Assembly (NCBI GenBank): GCA_963714835.1
Contig: CAVQPX010000026.1
Coordinates: 14,256-78,255, forward strand
Reading direction: 5' to 3'
Length of the DNA: 64,000 nt
Source of the DNA: an uncultured Chloroflexia bacterium
Lineage (GTDB): Bacteria > Chloroflexota > Limnocylindria > Limnocylindrales > CSP1-4
Part shown: in pieces, positions 1 to 8,758 of the stretch
Layout: every line of letters starts with the position of its first letter
Position numbering within the stretch: position 1 is the stretch's first letter
Position numbers and translations under genes: made by a program
Notes under the pieces: generated by a model
What the model was told of the DNA's origin: nothing
Seen by the model: the letters and a program-made list of their open reading frames with translations, nothing else
The model's database searches: none

Positions 1-204
1 GATGCCGCGATGCTGCGCGGGCCGATCCTGTCGCTCGCCCTGGAGCCGCGACCCCACGGAGCAGCCAAGCTGACCGGCACCGAGTTCCCGCGGATCCGGG
101 TCGGCGCGCTGCGCGTGATCTACCTGGTCGACGACGCGGCGCGACTGGTCGTCGTCCTCCGCGTCGCGCGTCGGTCGGAGAGCACCTACCGCCGGGTGCG
201 TTAG
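1..204 (+). CDS. RelE/ParE-family type II toxin (5' end runs off the window)
   Basis: Frame is open from base 1. The C-terminal part ...KLTGTEFPRIRVGALRVIYLVDDAARLVVVLRVARRSESTY fits the RelE/ParE core pattern (RxRVGdyRviY..d....v.vl.V.hR...Y). Confidence 0.65.
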   Translation, partial: DAAMLRGPILSLALEPRPHGAAKLTGTEFPRIRVGALRVIYLVDDAARLVVVLRVARRSESTYRRVR

Positions 205-716
205 CGGATCCGTGCCTCGTACCAGCTTCGAACCGGCTCGTCGAGCCAGTCGAGGTTGACTGCCGGGTCCGCACGCACGGCCGAACCGGAGATCGGAAAG
301 CGGGTTCGATCGGCGTCGGCCAGGACGTGGCGCGCACCGAGTCGAACGGCGATCTCGTCGCCATAGGCCGGCTCGGACGTCACGAGCACGTCCACGGTGT
401 CGCGGCCGATCGTCTCGCGGATCGTCGCAGCCCACAGGTCGTGGATGGCCGGGTCGTCGTAGTCGATGGGGTGATCGGCCACGGTCGATCGAACCTCGGC
501 CCAGGGCAGGATCGCCTCGAGCCAGGCGTGGCGCAGTTCGACCGGGATCGGCTCGGTCGAGTTCGCGAGGAGGCAAACGATGACCTCGTTGGCGTGCTCG
601 CGCGCGACCTCGGCGAGGTATCGATGCCCGCGATGGGGCGGCAGGAACTTGCCCAGGATGAGCGCCGTGGTCACAGAGGGATGATGCGTCGGAACGTCCG
701 GGCGCGTCGCGTCCAC
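201..716 (-). CDS. Cytidylyltransferase-fold protein, NadR-type NMN adenylyltransferase domain only
   Basis: N-terminal ALILGKFLPPHRGHRYL carries the (T/H)xGH nucleotidyltransferase motif in the NadR-like context. About 170 aa with no kinase domain. Its stop overlaps the RelE stop by 4 nt (convergent). Confidence 0.55.
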   Translation of the reverse strand: MDATRPDVPTHHPSVTTALILGKFLPPHRGHRYLAEVAREHANEVIVCLLANSTEPIPVELRHAWLEAILPWAEVRSTVADHPIDYDDPAIHDLWAATIRETIGRDTVDVLVTSEPAYGDEIAVRLGARHVLADADRTRFPISGSAVRADPAVNLDWLDEPVRSWYEARIR

Positions 717-807
717 GCACCACTATTTCCATTGTCTAGTATGTATAAGCCAACGAACTTAGTAGGGTTGCAGCGAGGTCCAACCTCATCTGAGGTCTTG
801 ACGCGGC
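717..807. promoter_or_regulatory. AT-rich divergent promoter region
   Basis: Local drop in GC (ccactatttccattgtctagtatgtataagccaacgaacttagtag) between two divergently transcribed genes in an otherwise GC-rich window. No specific -35/-10 assignment is made. Confidence 0.3.
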
Positions 808-1323
808 ATGACTCTGTTCGGCCATGGCTTCAGGTTTGCGCTGCAGCGGCCCAAGGTCGCGGTCGCGGTCGTCGGCTTGGTCGGCTTCGCGGGCATCGGC
901 TCCCTCCAGACCCCGCCTTCGCCGGAGACCGATCAGGCGGGCGCCACGGTGACGCAACCGACCGAAGCTGCGACGCTACCCGCTGCGGCTACGCTGGAAC
1001 CCCTTCCAACCCGCTCGCCCACGAGCGCGCCGACGGTACCACCAACTCCCGAACCAACTCCCGAACCAACTCCCGAACCAACACCGGAGCCAACGCTAGC
1101 TCCGACCCCGAAGCCCACACCGGCGCCGACTGTGGCTCCTCCCCCGAAGACTTCGTCATGTCATCCCTCGTACAAGGATGTCTGCCTCAAGATCGGCATC
1201 GGCGACTACGACTGCGCTGGGGGATCCGGCAATGGCCCCAACTACGCCAGAGGTCCGTTCCGAGTCGTTGGGCCGGACGTGTTTGACCTGGATCGCGACA
1301 ACGATGGGATCGGCTGCGAATAG
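808..1323 (+). CDS. Secreted or membrane-anchored Pro/Thr-rich protein with C-terminal Excalibur calcium-binding domain
   Basis: Hydrophobic N-terminal segment (VAVAVVGLVGFAGIGSL), a PTPEPTPEPTPEPTPEPT linker, and a Cys-rich C-terminus ending FDLDRDNDGIGCE (the DxDxDGxxCE Excalibur signature). Confidence 0.7.
   Translation: MTLFGHGFRFALQRPKVAVAVVGLVGFAGIGSLQTPPSPETDQAGATVTQPTEAATLPAAATLEPLPTRSPTSAPTVPPTPEPTPEPTPEPTPEPTLAPTPKPTPAPTVAPPPKTSSCHPSYKDVCLKIGIGDYDCAGGSGNGPNYARGPFRVVGPDVFDLDRDNDGIGCE
1042..1101 (+). repeat. 12-nt tandem repeat (ccaactcccgaa x3 plus 2 degenerate units) encoding (PTPE)n
   Basis: Read directly from the sequence, inside the Excalibur-protein gene. Confidence 0.8.
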
Positions 1324-1593
1324 CGGCGGCCCTCCGCGATCGGAAGGATCTGACGCAGACGCCCGCGCTCACCCGAGTTGCACCACGAGGTTCGACGGCA
1401 GCCGGAGTAATGCCAGGTTCGGAGCCGTGGCTGCGCGCGGCTCAAGCGGAGATCGGGAAGCGGCTTCGCTCGATGGCGGCCAGGAAGCGTCGCGCCCGAT
1501 CTTGTCGCCCTACGCCGGCTCGCAAGTCACAACGAAGTAGACGGTGGGCGCCGGACCGTCTCACCGGTCGCGGCAGCTCGTCGACTTGTGCAG

Positions 1594-4500
1594 CTATCCG
1601 GCCACCGTGCGCGCTGCGTGAAAGACATCGGCCGGCAAGTCGCGCTCGAGCTGCCAGACGATCTCGATGGGCCGTTCGTTGCGATGACTCTTGTACCGAA
1701 CCGGCCCTGCGTACAGGTACGGCGCGGCGATGTTGAGAGCGTTGTCCTTGGTCTCGCGGACGAAGAGGTGCACTGACGAGCCGCGTTCTTCATGGTTCAA
1801 GTAGCGCTGGCCCGTCGGAGATCCGGTGCTTGTCGTGCTCTGCGATTCCCACTGGAAGAGGCTGGGTGTGATGGCCCGATCGCGGTACATCGTGGTCGGG
1901 CTGAAGTGCTTCTCGGTCTTTTCCAGAGTGACAAATAGTACGTCGGCGCTCTCGCCCTCGACATGCTTGACGCCTTCTCGGACGGAGGCTGGGTTGGTAA
2001 GACCGAAACCTGCCAGGGCCTCATCCCGGGTATAGCGCCCGTGGATGTGAAGTGGGATGTTTGGCGCTTCGACCAACGGCGTCGTCATTCGCGGTCGGCG
2101 CTCGGAAAGAATGTCAGCAACCTCGACAAGCTCCTGCCCGCGAGGCGAGCGGCCGAGTGTCTTGAGGCCATCGTCCAAGTCCTCGAGCGGACGACCAGCG
2201 CCCCACATCGTGAAGTGCAACATAGCGCGTAGGCGCCGCTCCCGCTCGCTGAGGTCCGCTGGCTCGCTCCGTTTATCGGTCCCGCTCGCGATGGCGCGAA
2301 CAAGTTCCAGTCGTTCGGAGTCATCGACATGGAGCATCCGGCGGATACCCCGCGCGAGGAGGGCGTCCGTCTCGTCGGCCGACTCGGTCGTGAAGCCGGC
2401 ATCCCGCTGAAGTGCTCGCCACCCGCCGCGCGAACCTAGGTACAGATCCTCGAGATCAAGGCCACCCTCCGCGAGGAACTGTTCGAGCGTCGCGCCCTCA
2501 CCGAGCAAGCGCAGATCCCGCACGAGTTCGCGCCACGGCAAGCGCAGGGCGTGCTTGACGTTGCCCAGAACGATGTCCTTCGCCACGCGGTCAAGGTGGA
2601 TGTGGCAACCGGGTGGGAGGTAGGGAAAGTCTTGCTCGATCTGTCGTTCCAACTGCCGCTTGGTTGTTCCCGTCAGCGCACGAAACCGTCGATCGAAGCG
2701 AAATTCGGCCCGCTGATTCCCGATGAAGTCGAGGACCGTTAGGCAGGCCTTGTTGTCACTCAACCGAAGACCCCGGCCCAGTTGCTGAAGGAACAGCGTG
2801 GCGCTTTCGGTCGGGCGGAGGAACATGACCGTGTCAACCTCCGGGACATCCACGCCCTCGTTGAAGAGATCGACCGCGAACACTGCGTTGACCTTGCGCT
2901 CGCGGAGATCCAAGAGTGCACGACGCCGCTCCTCGGCTCCCGTTTCCGCAGAGACGGCCACGGCCGGGATCCCGGCCTCGCGGAACTGGTGGGCCATGAA
3001 TTGTGCGTGTTCGACGCCTACGCAGAACCCGAGTGCCCTCATCTGGCCGGCATCGCCGACCGTTGCTCGGACGGCCTCGATTACCTTCGCTGCCCGGGAC
3101 GCGTTGGTTGAGTACAGTGTCCCGAGCTCAGCGTCGTCGTAGCGACCACGCTTCCAGGTGACCGTCGAGAGGTCGACGTCATCGGCCAGGCCGAAGTACT
3201 GGAAGGGGCTCAGGAGCCCCCGCTCGAGTGCCTCCCAAAGACGAAGCTCAACGGCGATCCGGCCATCAAACCAGCGGGCGACGTCACCACCATCGGCTCG
3301 CTCGGGCGTGGCGGTTAGGCCGACGAGGACCTCGGGCTCGAGGTATCGAAGCAGCCGGTCGTACGTGGGTGCCTCGGCGTGGTGAAACTCATCGACAATT
3401 ACCATCGAAAAGTGATCCGGTGCGATGGTGGCCAGGTCCAGGCGCGATAGCGATTGGATCGACGCGAATACATGGCGCCACTGCGTCGGCTTGCTGCCCC
3501 CAACGTACATCTCGCCGAATGCGCCGTCGCGAATGACATGCCGGAACGTGGACAGGCTCTGACGCAGGATTTCCTCACGGTGCGCGACAAAGAGAACGCT
3601 GTTGACCTTTCCCGGCCGTCGGAGTCGCTGGTAGTCCAACGCCGAGACGACTGTCTTTCCCGTCCCGGTAGCCATCACGATCAGGCTTCTCCACCGATTG
3701 TGGATCGACCGCTGAGCTTCGAGTTGTTCGAGCACCTCCTGTTGATATGGATACGGCCGCACGTCGAGGGACACGATTTCGATCGGGAGATCGGTTGGGC
3801 CGCCACGCTCCTGTTCGATCGCGGCGTCGAAGCGTTCGGCATCGGTCGCCGCGTAGCTCTCGAACGAGGTGTCGTTCCAGTAGTCATCGAACGTCGCCTT
3901 AAAGGTTTCGACGAGATGCGGCTGTTCCGCAGCCGACAGACGCACGTTCCACTCGAGCCCGTCGGTCATCGCCGCCCGCGAGAGATTGGATGAACCGATG
4001 TACGCGGTCGACAATCGTTCACGGTGAAAGAGCCAGGCTTTGGCGTGCAGCCGCGTTGTCCTGGTTTCGTAGGAAACCTTGACCATTGCGCCAAGGCTGA
4101 TCAGAGCATCGAGGGCGCGCCGGTCGGTTGCGCCCATGTACGTCGTCGTGATCACCCGCACGGTGCCGCCACGTTCAATCAGGGCGCGCAGGCCCGCCTC
4201 GACGAGTCGGAGGCCGTGCCACTTGATGAACGCAGAGATGAGGTCGACGGAAGTCGCGGACGCCATTTCGCGAACAATCTCCGCCCCTACCCGCGGTTGG
4301 CCGCGACCGTTGACGAGGAGTGCGCTCGAAGAGAGCGGCGTCTCGGGTCGCGCCGGAGGCACTGGGGCTGCGGGGGTCGTCGAGCGCTCCATCACGGCGA
4401 GCAACAGGTCGTGTGTCATCGCGATGTCCTCGGATCCGTCGAACGTCTCCGGTGCGAGAAGACGAAGCGCATCGACGATCCCGTTCGCGAGGGCGACCTG

Positions 4501-4734
4501 GTCGACCAGGGACTGGTCTGAGCTGCCTCGACGCGAGGCAAGGACGCGTTTCACCAGATCGATGAGGTAGCGACCCAGGAAGACTTCCGCGTCCACTGGC
4601 TCCAGTGGCTGACGTTGGACGAGGCTTCGATCAATGCGCTCGAGCATTAACTCGATGTGCTCCGTCGTCACGTCCTCATATAGGCCGGGTCGAAGGTCAG
4701 GTCCGGCTCTGCGTGCGTCCGCTTTGGTGCTCAT
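1594..4734 (-). CDS. PLD (HKD) nuclease-like domain + SF2 (ResIII/DEAD-like) helicase + C-terminal DUF3427 domain protein
   Basis: HKD motif: TRLHAKAWLFHRE...YIGSSNLS. Helicase motifs: I VMATGTGKT, II VIVDEFHH, III GLTATPER, VI QQLGRGLR. The C-terminal YRDRAITPSLFQWESQS...VHLFVRE...PYLYAGPVRYKSHRNERPIEIVWQLERDLP is typical of DUF3427. The start is taken at MSTKAD (4734) because homologues begin near GLYE. The ORF itself is open to 4794. Confidence 0.85.
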   Translation of the reverse strand: MSTKADARRAGPDLRPGLYEDVTTEHIELMLERIDRSLVQRQPLEPVDAEVFLGRYLIDLVKRVLASRRGSSDQSLVDQVALANGIVDALRLLAPETFDGSEDIAMTHDLLLAVMERSTTPAAPVPPARPETPLSSSALLVNGRGQPRVGAEIVREMASATSVDLISAFIKWHGLRLVEAGLRALIERGGTVRVITTTYMGATDRRALDALISLGAMVKVSYETRTTRLHAKAWLFHRERLSTAYIGSSNLSRAAMTDGLEWNVRLSAAEQPHLVETFKATFDDYWNDTSFESYAATDAERFDAAIEQERGGPTDLPIEIVSLDVRPYPYQQEVLEQLEAQRSIHNRWRSLIVMATGTGKTVVSALDYQRLRRPGKVNSVLFVAHREEILRQSLSTFRHVIRDGAFGEMYVGGSKPTQWRHVFASIQSLSRLDLATIAPDHFSMVIVDEFHHAEAPTYDRLLRYLEPEVLVGLTATPERADGGDVARWFDGRIAVELRLWEALERGLLSPFQYFGLADDVDLSTVTWKRGRYDDAELGTLYSTNASRAAKVIEAVRATVGDAGQMRALGFCVGVEHAQFMAHQFREAGIPAVAVSAETGAEERRRALLDLRERKVNAVFAVDLFNEGVDVPEVDTVMFLRPTESATLFLQQLGRGLRLSDNKACLTVLDFIGNQRAEFRFDRRFRALTGTTKRQLERQIEQDFPYLPPGCHIHLDRVAKDIVLGNVKHALRLPWRELVRDLRLLGEGATLEQFLAEGGLDLEDLYLGSRGGWRALQRDAGFTTESADETDALLARGIRRMLHVDDSERLELVRAIASGTDKRSEPADLSERERRLRAMLHFTMWGAGRPLEDLDDGLKTLGRSPRGQELVEVADILSERRPRMTTPLVEAPNIPLHIHGRYTRDEALAGFGLTNPASVREGVKHVEGESADVLFVTLEKTEKHFSPTTMYRDRAITPSLFQWESQSTTSTGSPTGQRYLNHEERGSSVHLFVRETKDNALNIAAPYLYAGPVRYKSHRNERPIEIVWQLERDLPADVFHAARTVAG

Positions 4735-5090
4735 GCCCTCACGATCTGCGATCGGTCTGAGTCGGCGGCTCCCCATGCCCAGCCAGATCGGCACCGAAAG
4801 CGCCGATGATGAGATGCACGTCGAGCCGGTTGAGCCAAAGTGACTGCTCGGCGCGCCTGGGCGCCCTTAGCGCCGTCGCCCATTGCGCAAGCCTAGAACA
4901 GAGGATCCATCACCGATCGACATTCACGGAGCATACGCTCCGCGAATGCGGAGCCCGCCGGCTATGCCTCCGGTCACGTCTCCAGTACGAACAGCGCACC
5001 AGCCGGGCACTTTCGCGGGGCATCCGTTCTAAGCTGCTCGACGCACCGTTCGACGACGTCGACGAACGCCTCGAGGCCCGCCCAAGACTC

Positions 5091-6329
5091 GTGATCGACA
5101 AGCTTCGCAGCACGTTCCTGCGGCTCACGCCGGGCCGGATCGCCCTTCTCGTGGCCGGCCTGTTCCTGCTCGACTCGACGCTCGTCCAGCTCCAGCCCAT
5201 CGAGGACTGCCGGCCCACGGATCGGCTCTATGGCTGGTGCGACGCGGTGGAGCTCGGATCGGCGCTGCCGTACCTGGTCACCCAGTTCGCGGTCATCTTC
5301 GTCGTCGTCTACCTGGGCGCGATCATCATCCGGACGATGGCGCGGCCGTTCGCTCCGCACCAGACGCAGTTCGAGCGGACCTTCTCGGCGGTCTTCCTCG
5401 CGAGCGTGATCTTCGGCGCCGGCATCGCCACGGATCGACTCGTCATCGACGGCATCCCGGCCCGGTCGGACGAGTTCGCGATGATCCGCGACGCCTGGGA
5501 CCTCCTCAACTTCGAATACGTCCGGGCGGCCGATCTCGATCCCAGTCTCCTCGCCCACGCCGCGATCGGGGCGATGACCTACGCGGTGGGCGACACGGAC
5601 CACACGTACTTCGCGACGCCCGAAGAGTTGGCCGACTTCAACGATGGGTTCTTCGCTCCCGACGCCGCCGAGAAGGCGGTCGATTGGGTGATCGTGCCGG
5701 GCACGCGCTTCGCGCTCATCCGGATCGATGCCTTCGTCGATCGCGTCTCCGACGTCCTCGCCGAGACCCTGCGCGACGTGCGCCGCTCGCGCGCCACCGC
5801 GATCATCCTGGACCTGCGCGACAACCCCGGCGGCATCGCCGACGAGGCGATCTGGGTCGCGAGCGCCTTCATCGAATCGGGCGACGTCATGGGCGGCCGC
5901 GACGCCGAGGGGGTCGTTCGAACGATCCCGGTGGAGGGTCCGGTCATCGATCCGACGACGCCGATGGTCGTCCTCATCGATGTCGATACCTGGAGCTCCG
6001 CCGAGGTCGTCGCGAGCGCGCTGCAGGACGCCGGGCGAGCGAAGCTCATCGGCAAGACGACGTTCGGGACCGGCACGATCCTCGACACGTATCAGCTCCA
6101 GGATGGCTCCGAACTGTCGATCGGCACGATGGAATGGCTGACCCGCGACGGTCGAAGCGTGTGGCGGGTGGGCGTCGAACCCGACGTCGTCGTCTCGCTG
6201 CCGGAGCGCGTGCGGCCGCTGACGCCGGCGGCCCTCTCGACGCTCGATGTCGGCGGACTGCGTCGGTGGGGCGACACGCAGCTGACGAACGCGATCTCGT
6301 ATCTCCAGGTGACGTTCTCGGTCCGGTGA
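5091..6329 (+). CDS. S41-family (C-terminal processing/tail-specific) peptidase with N-terminal transmembrane segments
   Basis: AIILDLRDNPGGIADEAIWVASAF...MVVLIDVDTWSSAEVVASALQDAGRAKLIGKTTFGTGT matches the S41 catalytic core (DLRxNxGG ... SASE ... G.xT.GKG). There are 3 hydrophobic helices upstream. The start is uncertain: the ORF is open from 4806, and GTG at 5091 is chosen just before the first TM segment. Confidence 0.7.
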   Translation: MIDKLRSTFLRLTPGRIALLVAGLFLLDSTLVQLQPIEDCRPTDRLYGWCDAVELGSALPYLVTQFAVIFVVVYLGAIIIRTMARPFAPHQTQFERTFSAVFLASVIFGAGIATDRLVIDGIPARSDEFAMIRDAWDLLNFEYVRAADLDPSLLAHAAIGAMTYAVGDTDHTYFATPEELADFNDGFFAPDAAEKAVDWVIVPGTRFALIRIDAFVDRVSDVLAETLRDVRRSRATAIILDLRDNPGGIADEAIWVASAFIESGDVMGGRDAEGVVRTIPVEGPVIDPTTPMVVLIDVDTWSSAEVVASALQDAGRAKLIGKTTFGTGTILDTYQLQDGSELSIGTMEWLTRDGRSVWRVGVEPDVVVSLPERVRPLTPAALSTLDVGGLRRWGDTQLTNAISYLQVTFSVR

Positions 6330-6371
6330 ATCGCGTCTGGACATCGACCCGCGGGCGGCGTAGCGTGATCG

Positions 6372-6641
6372 TTGATGTTCGAGCCGATGTTCATCAACCA
6401 GCCCGGGATCTTCGGCATCCCGGCGAGCCTCGCGATCACCGGATTCGGCCTCGCACTCGGCCTTGCCGGGGCCGTCTGGGCCCTTCGGCTGACGGCCGGC
6501 GAACCGGATCCGGACTCATTCCGCGCGACGCGGCCCGACCCTCACGACTACCGGCCCGTCATGGTCGGTTCCGGGGTGGGGATCCTGGCCGTGCTGGGTG
6601 CCTGGTTGACGGTGACGAACAACTGGTCCCTGTTCCTCTAG
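6372..6641 (+). CDS. Small hypothetical membrane protein (2 predicted TM helices)
   Basis: Two hydrophobic stretches (PASLAITGFGLALGLAGAVWAL; VMVGSGVGILAVLGAWLTV). It fills the gap between flanking same-strand genes. No recognisable family. Confidence 0.4.
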   Translation: MMFEPMFINQPGIFGIPASLAITGFGLALGLAGAVWALRLTAGEPDPDSFRATRPDPHDYRPVMVGSGVGILAVLGAWLTVTNNWSLFL

Positions 6642-6647
6642 GGAGCC

Positions 6648-8327
6648 ATGCCCGGGCGACGGACGCGGCCTTCCGAACGTGCTGCCCGCGCGTACGCGCA
6701 GGCGCTCGCGCGCGACGGACGCCGCCTCTCCGCGGATGAGGCACACGCCCGAGCGAACGCCAGGCTCATCTCCCGTCGCGACCTGTTGCGTGCCGGCGGC
6801 ATGCTCGGCGCGGGCCTCGTGGCCAGCGCATGCCTCCCGTTCCGGAGTGACGCGCAGACGCCACGGCCCAGCGCCCCCATCGCCGGGGATGGGCCGAGCG
6901 TCGCGGTCGTCGGGGCCGGCCTCGCCGGCCTGACGGCTGCGTACCGGCTGACCCAGGCCGGTATCGCGGTCCGCTGTTTCGAGGCGCGCGACCGGATCGG
7001 TGGCCGCTGCTTCAGCTCTCGCGTTTGGGCCGACGGGCAGATCGCCGAGCACGGCGGGGAGTTCATCGACACGCGCCACGTGCACCTGCGCGGTCTCGCC
7101 CGGGAGCTCGGGCTTCCGCTCGACGACCTGTGGGACGCCTGGATCGACGGGTCCGCGTGGCCGTACGTCGTCGACGGTGCGGTGACGGAGGAATCCCATT
7201 GGAACCGCGAAGAGGCAACGGTGGTCGACGCGATCACCGCGGCGGGCCGGCGCATCGGCGTGATCGGCGACTCGGGCGCGAGCGACGACGCCTACTCGTA
7301 CGGGACGGCGACGCGCGATGGCCGGGCGATGGACGAGATGTCGATGGCCGAATGGCTCGATGTCGAGGTCCCCGGCGTGTCCGGTTCGCCGCTGGGTCGC
7401 GTGCTCGAGGCCCGGATGATCGGCTGGTACGGGCTCGGGATGAGCGACCTGTCGGCGGCCCTCTGGTTCGACTACTACGTGCTCCCCGACGACGGCGCAG
7501 ACGAGCGCTACACGATCCGCGGTGGCAACGACCAGGTGCCCGCGCTCATGGCCGACCTCCTCCCTGCTGCAGCGCTCGCCCTCGAGCAGCCGCTGGAGGC
7601 GATGCGCCGGACGTCGAACGGCGGGTATGAGCTCCGGTTCACGGGTTCGGGCGAGGCCGTCTCCGCCGACATCGTGGTGATGACCGTGCCCTTCACCGCC
7701 CTCCGCGACGTCGATCTCGAGGACGCCGGGTTCAGCCAGGAGCGACTGTCGGCGATCCGGTCGCAATCGATGGGTCAGAACACGAAACTGATCTTCCAGC
7801 TCGATGCGCACCCCGATGCGTGGCGCGTGGGCGAGCGCGTGTGGAGCAGCGGGATGCAGCATGTCGATGGACTCTTCGGCTCGTGGGAGAGCTCCGGGAC
7901 CGACGGCGGCGCGGCCAGTCTGATCACCGTCTACTCGGGTGGGGCGGGAGCCGCGCGGTTCGGGGTGGCGATCCCCCATGCGGAGGCACCGCCCGAGCTG
8001 GTCCGCGATGTCCTCGCCGCGATGGAGCGGGCCGTGCCGGATCTGTCAGCTGGCTACAACGGGCGGGCCTGGCTCGACGACTGGCCGTCCGATCCGTGGG
8101 CCCATGGCTCGTACGCCGCATTCGGCCCGGGCCAGATGAGCACACTCTGGGGCTACAACCTCCTGCCCGAGGGCGACGTGCACTTCGCCGGCGAGCACAC
8201 CTCGACCTACAGCCAGGGCTACCTGAACGGCGGGGTCGAAAGCGGCCAGCGGGCCGCGATCGAGGTGATGACCAAGCTCGGCGTCGCGGTTCCGGCGGAC
8301 ATCGGATCGATGCCGTACTCGAGCTAG
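6648..8327 (+). CDS. Flavin-containing amine oxidase, probable Tat-exported
   Basis: Twin-arginine motif SRRDLLRAGGMLGAGLVASA. FAD dinucleotide fold VAVVGAGLAGLTAAYRLTQAGIAVRCFEARDRIGGR. C-terminal VHFAGEHTS...GYLNGGVESG is typical of the amine oxidase family. Confidence 0.8.
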   Translation: MPGRRTRPSERAARAYAQALARDGRRLSADEAHARANARLISRRDLLRAGGMLGAGLVASACLPFRSDAQTPRPSAPIAGDGPSVAVVGAGLAGLTAAYRLTQAGIAVRCFEARDRIGGRCFSSRVWADGQIAEHGGEFIDTRHVHLRGLARELGLPLDDLWDAWIDGSAWPYVVDGAVTEESHWNREEATVVDAITAAGRRIGVIGDSGASDDAYSYGTATRDGRAMDEMSMAEWLDVEVPGVSGSPLGRVLEARMIGWYGLGMSDLSAALWFDYYVLPDDGADERYTIRGGNDQVPALMADLLPAAALALEQPLEAMRRTSNGGYELRFTGSGEAVSADIVVMTVPFTALRDVDLEDAGFSQERLSAIRSQSMGQNTKLIFQLDAHPDAWRVGERVWSSGMQHVDGLFGSWESSGTDGGAASLITVYSGGAGAARFGVAIPHAEAPPELVRDVLAAMERAVPDLSAGYNGRAWLDDWPSDPWAHGSYAAFGPGQMSTLWGYNLLPEGDVHFAGEHTSTYSQGYLNGGVESGQRAAIEVMTKLGVAVPADIGSMPYSS

Positions 8328-8374
8328 CCCCAATTCGGCGCTTGACCCGACTCGGTGCCCGCCGCCACCCGGGC

Positions 8375-8650
8375 TCAGGTCGTCGTGGCGTCCGCCGGGT
8401 CGATCCTGCGGATCCCGGAGACGAGGTCGAAATCCGCGGTCTGGGCTGACGATATCGGCGATCCCTTCCTGGAGCCACGTGGCGACATGTACAAGGTCGC
8501 GAGCCGCGAGCGTCGGGTAGGCCTCCATGTGCAGGCCATGTGTCGCGGCAGGCGTCCCTCAGCTGGGCTCGACCCGACTGACGGTCGCGATGCGATCGAT
8601 CGTTCCGCATAGGCGAAAGCACCGCAGGTGATCACTTGGCTGGCACGCTC
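8375..8650 (-). pseudogene. Degraded PIN-domain (VapC-like) toxin remnant
   Basis: One frame reads ...VSRVEPS*GTPAATHGLHMEAYPTLAARDLVHVATWLQEGIADIVS. The next frame continues ...ADFDLVSGIRRIDPADA*. Joined, they match the VapC C-terminal pattern (aYP.LsaRDalHvA.....gi..IvS.D.DFD...Gi.RiDP). This needs one in-frame TGA (about 8563) and one frameshift (about 8440). No N-terminal PIN motif was found. Confidence 0.4.
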
Positions 8651-8758
8651 GGCAGCGGAGGAACGGCACCTTCGCCCCTGCGCCGATCGCTGAGATTCGC
8701 TCACCCGGGGGCGCTACCCTGTCGCCGATAGCCGTAGGGAGCGAGGAGCGCAGGCCAG

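Noticed and set aside
1594-4734. Assigning the PLD-helicase protein to the Mokosh defence family
   Set aside because: As I recall it, Mokosh pairs a PLD nuclease with an SF1/Upf1-like (COG1112) helicase. Here the motifs (DEFH, TATPER, QQLGRGLR, ResIII-like) are SF2, and the C-terminus is DUF3427.
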